The notes beneath the pieces are model-generated. The model was not told where the DNA came from. It did not search any database and saw only the letters and a program-made list of their open reading frames with translations. A program made the translations under genes and the position numbers. Below are positions 36,401 to 48,400 of a stretch of DNA of 64,000 bases, in pieces; position 1 is the stretch's first letter; every line of letters begins with the position of its first letter. Origin of the DNA: Mobula birostris (taxonomy: Eukaryota); NCBI RefSeq assembly GCF_030028105.1, contig NC_092393.1, positions 29,985,248 through 30,049,247 on the forward strand, read 5' to 3'.

Positions 36401-39400
36401 CCACGATATTTGAGTTGGGCAGCAGCAGCACTAACTGCTGTGTCGCTTCGTTGCCTGAAATCCAGTGCCGTTGGCATTCAAAGCAATATATCAAACATCA
36501 ATGAAACTTAAAAAACAGAATGAGGATTACGAAAGACTTTATTTAAACCTTTCAAGAGTCAAAATCCATTTAATCAAGTTCAATTAATTAAATAAAATAC
36601 CCTATACTCATGTAACATGCTGTAAAATTTCACTGCTAATGTAATGATTTCCTTGCAGCAGCAATGTTTGGGTTATGACTAGACATAATGGGGGCTTGGG
36701 AATGTGTGCCATCCAATTAGAGGCATGTTGTTGTTTCTTGTGGGTTTGAGAGGAGGGATTTCGCGGTCTTTTGTCGGGGAGAGATGGAGGGAGAAGACAC
36801 AAGTGGAGAGAGTTGGTAGACCACCGGATAGAGTAGACTTGGAGCGAGGGTCCGTGACGCTTGGAGGAGGTTGATGGGGAACGAACGGACGGAAACATGA
36901 GCTTCAACGTGCACATTAGACTTTTTCATGTGAATGGGCCCTTTTCTTTTTTTTTGTTTCTTTACTAACCTATAGTTAAATTAAGAATTCTAAAGCGCAA
37001 TCGTTTAATTACACATTGTATACTGTTTGTTATTTCGTGGTACTGATTTGTAACAGGGGAACACATCATGCAGCATCCACCCAAACAAGATTTCTCAAGT
37101 TTGGCTGGGCTGGAGGTTGCCTTCCCCTAGGTTAAGCCGCTAGCCGAACCTGAAGGTTACACTTAATTCTGGTCTTTTGCAGCTAGTCAGTGAACAGTTA
37201 CCCTATTGTAAGTGTTGGTGAACTAAATCAAGTTAATGTTAAGCCTGTTGGATTCACTATGGAGTCCCAAGATCACTGTGCAGGCAGAAAATGTTTGGCA
37301 TTGAGTGGTCTGTAGTTTGGGAACTTCTAGGTTCATATAATAATCCCAAATTTAGTAAAAAATATGTGGAGAAATGCAGACAGCTGCTAGGAAGTTCCAG
37401 TCGGCCAGGTTTACAAATTAAACGTTAAGCATTGTACATAATCTGTACATCACGAAACGGAGTACAGGATGGAGGGCCCGATGGCAAGACAACAAATTTT
37501 TTGCTTAACATCAACAAAATGAAGGAGCTGGCCAGAAAATGCAGTAGAGTACACAGCCTTGTCTGTATTAATGGTGCAGAGGTGGAGACGGTTGAGGGGT
37601 TTCAAGTACGTAGACACAAATATTCTCCAAAATTTCCCCTGGACAAGCCACGTGGATGCTACAGCCAAGACAGCACACCAGCACCTTTACTGAAGGATAA
37701 GAGGTGACTTAGTAGAGGTGTACAAGCTGATAAGAGTGAAGAGTCAATGCCTTTTTCCCTGGGTGGCAATGGCTAATAGGTGAGGATATTCTTTTAAGGC
37801 AAGTGGAAGAAAGTTTAGGGGAAATATTAGTGGTGTTTTTATTTAACACAGGAAAGTAAGTGCCTGAAATGCACTGTACTGGGGGTAGTGAGCCCCACCT
37901 CTGTTGATCCTGTCTAAACATCCTGACGCTCTGGGCAAACAACAATTAACATAATCAGGGGATCTTCTCACCTTTCTCATCAGGCAGAAGATACAAAAGC
38001 TTGAAAGCATATACGATTAGAGACTCAGGGTATGTCCACACTACGCCGGATAATTTTGAAAACAAAGCTTTTTCTCTGTCCACACTGAAACGGCGTTTTC
38101 ATCCCCCGAAAACAGAGATTTTCAGAAACGATCTCCAGAGTGAATAAATCTGAAAATACCTAATATCCGTTGTAGTGTAACGGGGTAACTGGAGAGATTT
38201 AAAAACGCTGTCATGACAACACCACAACAACAATACTTTTTCTGCTTCTGCTTGGTACTGTGCAAGCTGTTATAACGTGCAGTCGGTGTGAACGGCGTGA
38301 GAGTTAAATTGTGAGGTGAGCTTTTTTGACTATTTAAAAACGCTGTCACGACGTGCCGAAACAGATGGCCGCAGCGCAGCATTTCGTTGTTTTCTTGAAC
38401 GCAACCACCTAACAATTTCAGAACAGACGGCAACGAGACTGAAGCCAGAAGAGTTAGAAGTGTACTCACCAAATACTTTGACCTATAGCTTACTGAATAA
38501 GTAAGTATACTCACTTTGCCCTGTTTTCTGTCCTTGCTTGTATGAAGGTGGTTCACCTATTTATACAAGTACTTCTCTGACAATAGACCTGTAACAGCCT
38601 AATGTAACATTGTATGGAAATACAAGATAACACTGATGCAGACGTTTTATACATTTAACAAGGTACTTTATTAATGCAACAGAGTTAGTCAGTTTTTCAG
38701 TGTTCGTCATCAGCTGGGTCATACTGTCTGTGAACTCCCTGTCGGTTGCCTCCATACGCTCCAGTATTTGTCTTTTTTTAGTTTTAAGTCCTCCTGCGTG
38801 AGAACCAAGAGCAAGTACTTTTAAGTTTTTCTACTCTGTAACTGGACGAACGAACACCAAGTATACCGTTTCCTCTTCGCTTGTTTTCTGTGTGTCCTGC
38901 GCATGCCCAGTAGGAGGAGATTCGCCCAAATATCCGTCTAATGTGGACGGAGATATTTTGAAAAACGCTTAGTGTGTACGCCTGTCGTTTTTACTCGAAA
39001 CTGGCGTTTTCAAAATTATCCGGCGTAGTGTGGACGTAGCCCAAGTCAATATTTACCCCACTGTTAGCAGAGCCTTACAGTGTTCCAATTTACTTTGTTG
39101 TCGCCCTTACAGTCATAGAAAACTTCAACACAGAAACAAGCCCTTTGGCCCATCTACATTATGCCAAACCATTTAAACTGCCAACTCCCATCACCCTCCA
39201 TACCCCTCCCACCCATATACCTATCCAAGCTTCTCTAAAGAGCGAAATTAATGTAACATCCAACTTCCTGTACTCAATATTGTACTTTGATTTATGGAGG
39301 CCAATGTGCCATAAGCTTTCTTTATGACTCTATCTACCTGCGATGCCACTTCCGAGGAATTATGAACCTGTATTCCCAGATCCCTTTGTTCTACCGCATT

Positions 39401-42400
39401 CCTCAGTACCCTACGGCTTACTGTGTTAGACCTATTCTGGTTGGCCCTCCCAAAGTGCAATATCTCACATTTATCTGCATTAAATTCCACCTGCCATTTT
39501 TCAGCCCATTTTTCCAGCTGATCCAGATCCTTCTGCAAGCTTTGAAAATCTTCCTTGCTGTCCACTACACCCCCATTCTTGATGCAATCCATATATTTGC
39601 AGATCTAGTTAACCATATTATTATCCAGATCGTTGCTATAGAAGACAAACAACAGACCGAGCACTGATCCCTGCGGCACTCCCCTAGTCACAGGCCTCCA
39701 GTCAGAGAGGCAACCATCTACTACCACTCTCTGGCTTCTCCCAAAAAGCCAATGTCTAATTCAATTTACTACTGCATCTTGAACACCATGTGACTGAACC
39801 TTCTTGTCAAATGCCTTGCTGAAGTCCACGGACACCACATCCACTGCCTTGCCTTCATCAGCTTTGCATTTTATTTGTTAATATGCACTGCATTTTTTCT
39901 GCAAAGTACAATACTATATTCTGCATTTTTTACTTTTTTCTTCAATATAATTAAGTATGGCATGATTCATCAGGGTGGCAAAAACAAACCTTTTGCAGTA
40001 TCTGGTGTATATGACAATAATAAGCTAAGACCATTATCATTACCTCATCTGATCCAATGTGTATCCATTTTATATTGTTATGTATTGCCATTATCTGGTC
40101 AATCATGGATTTTACTAATTCCATAGACTCTTCTTTGTGTGGATTGAGAGTGTTAGGGAATGCTTTCACTTCGCGAAGGTGAGCAAAAGCTTCATGTTTA
40201 AGTACAAACTGTAGGAACAAGTTCAAAAAAGAGAAGAATATCAATGCCAGTAAAACAATAAAGAAGTCATTTTAATTACTTTTTTCTCTCACAATTTATT
40301 GTATTTTTCAATGAGCAAGATCAAGCTGAAGTGACTGTCCCCACCTTGAAATTCTATTGTGAATGCTTGATAGTTTAAACTTATTTAAGCTGGATTTGGA
40401 GATTCATCCTGCTGGCCCTTGAATCCAGTGACTGAACAGCAACTGGGCTGCAGACAGGGAAGATTGGCAAGACCTGGCTTGCTTTAAAGTTCTGATGTAT
40501 TTTCAGAGATGTTGAATTTAGATTATTACCAAGAGTTGAGGTAAATAATTTTCTAATATTTAAAAATTCTAAATAAAATTAAAAACATAAAAAATTATAA
40601 TTAAACATGATACAATTAAACTAAAGCAAAATAATGAAACGGAAATTACATAGCTTCCTATGTCCCCTATCCGCAGGCTCAGCATCCCAAATGAATGCAG
40701 GTCTGACCAGTGCACTCCCTGAAAAGTAATTCTCTGGAGTTCAGCAAAAGTGCAAAGTGTCAGATACAGAGTTATGTCATTTGATAAATTTAGACTTCCT
40801 GCACTTGGAAGTATGAACCGAAATTCAAAACTTATAGACAATGAAATAATAAATTATCACCTTTTCACATGACCAGAAGTCCAACTACTGAATATATTAA
40901 AGATAATTCAGTATTTGAAAGTGTTTCCACAATCTCTACTTAGATGCTTTGACCAATATTATTCTTAAATACCATTTTAAAAATACTACCATGATAAAAT
41001 TAGGTGTCATTTTATAAATATTTCCTCATTTTCTTCAGGAATTTAATTCTAAATAAACACAAGACTGATTTAAGATATATGTGTTACTATTTTCTTAAAC
41101 ACTTTTGTCAGTAAATTTTTCCATGAATATTTTGCAAATTTTATTAAGTTTCAAAGTACATTATTATCAAAGTATGTATAAATTATACAAACTTGAGAGT
41201 TTTCTGCTTACAGGCAGCCACAAAGTAAGAAACCCAAATTAACCCAATTAAAAAAAAAAGACCCACACACAGAGACAGAGAGGAAAAAAACACAAATCAT
41301 GCAAACAACTGTACAGGTGTCCCCCGCTTTTCGAATGTTTGCTTTACAAAACCTCACTGTTACGAAAGACCTACATTAGTACCCTGTTTTCGCTAACAGA
41401 AGGTGCTTGCACTGTTACGAAAAAAAATCATCGCGCGCCCCGAGCAGCTGCTCTCCCCTGGATTCGGAACTGCATTCTTGCTGGTATTGCTTAAACACGT
41501 TGCATTGAGCAGCCATTAGCAAGATGCGTTCTAAGGTGTCGGAAAAGCCTGAAAGAGCTCGTAAAGGTGTTACACTTCGCGTAAAACTAGACATAATTAA
41601 GCGTTTTGATCGTGGTGAACGAAGTAAGGACTAAGTGAGTTTGGCTTGTGGAAGCTGACGAACATGATGTTGAAGAGATTTTGGCATCCCATGACCAAGA
41701 ACTGATAGATGAAAAGCTGATGCAATTGGAAGAGGAAAGGATAACAATCGAAACCCAATTCATTAGCGAAATGAACGTGAAGCAACTGCGTGAGATTTTC
41801 GCTGCAATGGTAAAGTACGACTTTAACCTTGAAAGGGTACGTAGGTTTAGGGGATATTTGCAGGATGGTTTGAGTGCTTACAAAGAACTGTATGATAGAA
41901 AAATGCGCGAGGCTCAGCAGTCAAGCAAGCCTTCCACATCAGCCCCAACAGACAACGAGCCTCGACCTTCGACGTTTAGGCGGGCATTCATAGGAGAAGA
42001 TGAGCTGCCTGCCCTAATGGAAACAGACGATGAGATGACACCCCAGTGTCCCACCACCCCCACACCCAGGCCGTGGACAGATATCGATTCGCGGAGAATG
42101 CAGCGGTAGCCGGGAGGGACACAGCACATCTTTAAGAGAAAAAGCAGAAATAAACATGCTGATTAATTAGGTGCTGCCCGACACGTAATTGTCCGCCCAG
42201 ATCAGAGGCGATGTAATCGACAATCGCCTCTGATCCGGGCCGACATTTATGTGCCGGGCAGCACCTAATTAATTAGCATGTTTATTTCAGCTTTTTTCTT
42301 AAAGATGTGCTGGATGCGTCCCGGCTACCGCTGTATCCCTGCATGCTTCGTGGATCGGTATCGGTCGGTGGCCCAGAGGGTGGGGGCCACTGCACCACCC

Positions 42401-45400
42401 CAACCTGCGACGACTCAGCTTAACACCATCATCAGTGTGCTCAGCGCTGTCCCGATTCCGGTAAGTGATACTACACTGTACATACATTATTTCTACTTTA
42501 TATCGGCTGTGTATTTTTATGTGTTATTTGGTATGATTTGGCAGCTTCATAGCTTAAAGGTTACTGGACAGAGTGTTTTTGACAACAGTGCTTGCGTGAG
42601 ATTTTCCGCCGAGAGCACTTGCATGAGATTTTCGCTACGGAGAACAGTAACGGCAATGATTGTGGAAAAGTATTTCTACTTTATATAGGCTGTGTATTTA
42701 TCATATCATTCCTGCTTTTACTATATGTTACTGTTATTTTAGGTTTTATGTGTTATTTGGCATGATTTGGTAGGTTATTTTTGGGTCTGCGAACGCTCAC
42801 AAAATTTTCCCATATAAATAAATGGTAATTGCTGCTTCGCTTTACGACCTCTCGGCTTACGAACCGTTTCATAGGAACGCTCTACCTTCGGATAGCAGGG
42901 GAAACCGTATTCAGAACCAAACTGAGTCCAGAGTAGGCACATAACCTCAGTTTCAGTTCATCACAGTGGGGCAAATTGCTGTGAAGCTTGCAGACACAAA
43001 GCACAGAGGAGCCAGAGCAGTCTCACAGCCTCAGTGCCTTGGAGTGGAGTACACTTCACTACAGAGTGAGCGGAATCAGCCCAACCCTCACTTCTGGTCC
43101 TGACACTTTGCCTTTTCAGTCTATCTCAGTTGGTGTTTAAAATCACCCAAACACCAGGTCATACCCTACACTAGGACCTGGGCCCTGCTGCAGCAATACA
43201 CTCTGGGCCTGTGGCCACAAATACCTTTACATTTCCTTTTGTCTCTAAACTCACCTCCATGTGGCCGAAGGTTTGCACTAATGGAATTATTTCAAACTTC
43301 AGTGTCTTGGCCAGAACCATAAGATCTTTGATGTCTGAAGGACTGCAATGTAGAATGCATTTCTTTATTGAAAATTCTCACACAACATAGTTCAACATAA
43401 CTTCTCAGTTCTCATCTCCAACAGAGCTGGTTGAACTTAATCAAATTGTTAAATAACCTGCAACAGAATAATGAGACAATCTACTTCACAGAAGAAACAT
43501 GCAAGACCTCTATAGGTATTTCACACAATCACTGACAATTGACTTTACTGCATGCCTGCTCCAGAATAGAACACGGCTTTCTGCTGTATGCATGTTTGAC
43601 CTTTTGTACTAACCATCTAATCTGCTACTTTTCGTTTTGGAAGGTGCAATTTATCCATGCACACGAATGGCAGAGCAAGTTGAGTATATAATTCTTAACT
43701 AAAAGGAAAGGATTTATTAAATTCTGCAGTAAATTTACTTTACACTACTTAACTCTCAATAGTTACCATACACTCAATTTCATATTAAGCACCACAGCTT
43801 GGGTATTATTGTTTGTACATCTCAAAGAAACTGGACAAAATATAAAATGGGAGACACAGATTTGAGAGCATGTGCTTTGAGGTTTTTTATGTGCCTTTGA
43901 ACATATTCATATTATAACACATAGTCACATCAGGAAATTAATTAGTCCATCTGCTTCATGAGCATTTAAATAATTTATTTTAGGAAAGGCAACAACACAG
44001 AAGAATGAAATAGTAACTTACTTATTATTTGCAATAAAGAAAGAAGGGCTGCTAACACAGTATAACTGAGTTTATCTTATGAAATCCACAATGTATAAAG
44101 TGCAAGGAAGTGCAGGTCATAGAATACTGAGAAAACAGACATTGCTTTCACCTGGCAGATCACATAATTGCTGGTATGCAACTTCCGGGACATATGAGTT
44201 ATGCATACTGTGCTACTTCTAAGGTGACGTGGTGATGTGAACTGCGTGCACAGTTGTGAATACAATCAAATGACAACAAACACTTTAGCAAGGCCTTTGA
44301 CAAGACCCTGAATGGGAGGTTGGTCAAGAACGTTCAGTCGCTTGGCAGTCAGGATGAGGGAGTAAATTGGCTTTGCGTGAGAAACCAGAGGGTGGTAGTA
44401 GATGGTTGCTTCTCTAACTGGAGGTCTATGACTAGTAGCGTGCCGCAAGGAAGGTGCTTGGTGCATTGATATTTGTCATTTATATTAATGACCTGGATGA
44501 TGATGTAGTAAACTAGATCAGCAAATTTGTGGATGGGGCATAGCGGACAGCGAGGAAGGCTATCAAGGGTTGCAGTGGGATCTGGACCAGCTTGGAAACT
44601 GGGCTGAAAGATGGAAAGTGGAATTTAATGCAGACAAATGCGAGATGTTGCACTTTGGGAGATCAAACCAGGGTAGATAGAACTTACACTGCAAGCGGTA
44701 GGGCACTGAGGAATACAGAAAAACAATGAGATCGGGCAATAAAAATCCAGAATTCCTTGAAAGTGGCATCACAGTTAGATAGGGTTAAACACATCTTTTG
44801 GCACATTGGCTTTCATAAATCAGAGTATTGAGTACAGGAGTTGGGATGGTATGTTGAAGTTGTATAAGACGTTGGTGAGACCTAATTTGGAGTATTGTGT
44901 GCAGTTCTGGTAATCTACCTACACAAAAGGCCAATAAGATTGAAAGAATGCAGAGAAAATTTACAAGAGTGTTGCCAATACTTGAGAAACTAAGTTATAG
45001 GGAAAGGTTGAATAGGTTAGGACTTTATTCTCTAGAGAGCATAAGAGCATAGGAGAATGAGGGGAGATATGGTAGAGGTATGCAAAATGATGGGGGGTAT
45101 AGGCTTTTTCCACTGAGGCTGGATGAGATTAGCACTAGAGGTCATGGGGGGGGGAGTAGGCTTTTTCCACTGAGGCTGGATGAGATTAGCCCTAGAGGTC
45201 ATGGTTTCAGGGTGGAAGGTGAAATGTTTAAGGGGCACATGAGGAGGAACATCTTCACTCAGAGGCTGGTGAGAGTGTGGAATGAGCTGCCAGTGGAAGT
45301 GGAGAATGTGGACTCCATTTCAACACTTATGAGAAATTTGGATAGGTACATGATGGAAATACGCAGAAGAACAGTTTGGCACAAACAAACAGGCCGAACA

Positions 45401-48400
45401 TCCTCTTTCTGTGCTGTAGAGTTCCATGTCTCTATAACTCAAATGCATTGCAAAGAGGATTGTGACCTTGTTTTATAAAGGAATGTAATAAATTAAACAA
45501 TTAGAATTAGTTTTGCGTTAAATTAATTTCACATCTTAAAACACTTTTTATTTGTAATCTCTTTTTAGTTACAAGATACTGCTTCAGTTTACTACACTAT
45601 TTTATGGTAAAGCAGAAAAAATTATTTCTACTAACAAAACATTATTGTACTTGTATAACAGTCACCTGTAAGCATTTGGAGACTTTAAAACTTGTAGCTT
45701 TCCCTCATATGGAAACATATCTTCATATTCCAGGAGAATACCATCTGCACCAAGGTCTGCAAACAGAGGAAAGATCTACAAAAAGAAAGTCTGCAATGGA
45801 CCTGCTTCATTCTATATCTGAAAGCCTTAATCAAAAATGTTTGGACTATGACATGTTAAAATTCTGTTCAACAATTCCTTCCTGTAATGTTTTGATATCT
45901 TAAATAATAGAGAAAAGTGGGATAAGTCATTTACAAGTGGGGTAAGTTACAAGTGCATTTAAGGAAACAAGATTTTAAACTCCTAATACCGACTATCTTG
46001 CTGGCAAATGTGCAGTCTCTGGTGAATAAAATCGATGATCTCAGAGCTAGGGTACTGAATCAGAAGGACATTAGGACCGCGTGTGTCCTTTGCTTCACAG
46101 AATCCTAGTTAACCCCTTCTGTACTGGATGCAGCGATTCAGTTTGATGGGTTCACTATACACTATCAGGATTGATCTATAGAGTCTCCCAAAAGCAGAGG
46201 TGGAAGAGTATGCCTCATGATCAACTCTTCTTGGTGCACAAATATACCAGTACTGTCCCAATTCTGCTCACCAGACCTGGAATATCTAGCATTTAAGTGC
46301 CGTCCTTTTTACCTACCACAGGAGTTCTCTAGGGTCATTTTGGTAGCATTATACATTCAACCTGAGGCCAATGTCAATCAGGCTTTAGATGATCTGAGCA
46401 ATGGGATCAACATGTATGAAACAGCGCATCCTAACGTCTTCACCATTGTTCTGAGAGATCTTAACCAGTCCAGTCTGGAAAAAAGAAATCACTAGAGCAA
46501 TTGCCATCAACAGATCACTTACAATACCAGAGGAAACAGCACATTGGACCATTGCTACACCACCATCAAGAATGCCTACTGTGCTATTCCATGCCCTCAC
46601 TTTGGGAAGTCTGATCACCTGGCTGTACTTCTACTCCCCGAGTATAGGCAGAGACTGAAGACTGAAGACTGCAGCACCAGTAGTGAGGACCAAGAAGGTA
46701 TGGACAAGGGAAGCACAGGAGCGCCTACAAGACTGCTTTGAGTCGGTGGACTGGACTGTACTCAGGGATTCACCTTTGAATCTGCAGTTGTTACCGACTT
46801 CATTAAAACCTGTGTGGATGAGTGTGTGCCTATAAAGACTTACTGCACATTCCTAAACCAAAAGCCGTGGATGAACCAGGAGGTACATTGTCTGCTGAAG
46901 GCTAGATCTATGGCATTCAAGTCTGGCGATCCAGGCCTGTACCAGAAAACCAGGTATGATCTGTGTTAGGGGTATTTCAAGGGCGAAGAGACAATTTCGA
47001 ATGAGGTTGGAGGCAACATCGGATGCACGACAACTCTGGCAGGGCTTGCAAGACATTACTTCCTACAAGGTGAAACTCAATAGCATAAATGGCAACGATG
47101 CTTCAGTACCAGATGAACTCAATGCCTTCTATGCCCGCTTTGAAAGGGAGAATACAACTACAGCTGTGAAGATCCTTGCTGCACCTGATGACCCTGTGAT
47201 CTCTGTCTCAGAGACCGATGTTAGGCTGTCTTTAAAGGAGAGTGAACCCTCGCAGAGTGGAAGGTCCTGATGGAGTACCAAGCAAAGCTCTAAAAACCTG
47301 TGCCACCCAACTGGCAGGAGTATTCAAGGCCATTTTCAACCTCTCACTGCTATGGGCGGAAGTTCTCACTCGCTTCAAAAAGGCAACAATTATACCAGTG
47401 CTTAAGAAGAATAACATAAGCTGCCTTAATGACTTATCGCCCAGTAGCATCCACATCTACAGTGATGAAATGCTTTGAGAGGTTGGTCATAACTAGACTG
47501 AACCCCTGCCTCAGCAAGGACCTGGACCTGTTGCAACTTGCCTATCGCCACAATAAATCAATGGCAGATGCAATCTCAATGTCTCTTCACACGGCTTTAG
47601 ATCACCTGGACAACACAAACACCTATGTCAGGATGCTGTTCATAGACTATAGCTCAGCATTTAAAACCATCATTCTCACAATCCTGATTGAGAAGTTGCA
47701 GAACCTGGGGCTCTGTACCACCCTCTGCAATTGGATCCTTGACTTCCTAATCGGAAGACAACAATCTGTGCAGATTGGTGATAACATCTCCTCCTCGCTG
47801 ACGATTAACACTGGTTCACCTCAGGAATGTGAGCTTAGCCCACTGCTCTACTCTCTATATACCCATGACGGTGTGAGGCATAGCTCAAATACCATCTATA
47901 AATTTGAAGACGTTACAACCATTGTTGGTAGAATCTCAGGTGGTGACGAGAGGGTGTACAGGACTGAGATATGCCAACTAGTGGAGTGGCGTCACAGCAA
48001 CAACCTGGCACTCAACATCAGTAAGACGAAAGAGCTGATTGTGGACGTTAGGAAGGGTAAGATGAAGGAACACATACCAATCCTCATAGAGGGATCAGAA
48101 ATGGAGACAGTGAGCAGTTTCAAGTTCCTGGTTGTCGAACTAACCTGGTCCCAACATACTGATGCAGTTATAAAGGTGGCAAGACAGCAGCTATACTTTA
48201 TTAACAGTTTGAAGAGATTTGGTTATGTCAACAAATACACTCAAAAACTTCTATAAATGTACCATGGAGAGCATTCTGACAGGTTACATCACTGTCTGGT
48301 ATGGGGGGGTGGGGAGCTACTGCACAGGACTAAAAGAAACTGCAGAGGGTTGTAAATTTAGTCAGCTGCATTTTGGGTACTAGCCTCCAAAGTACGCATG

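Noticed and set aside
47429-48256. Active reverse transcriptase gene
   Set aside because: Catalytic FADD motif reads FEDV and the ORF2 is broken by frameshifts and stops
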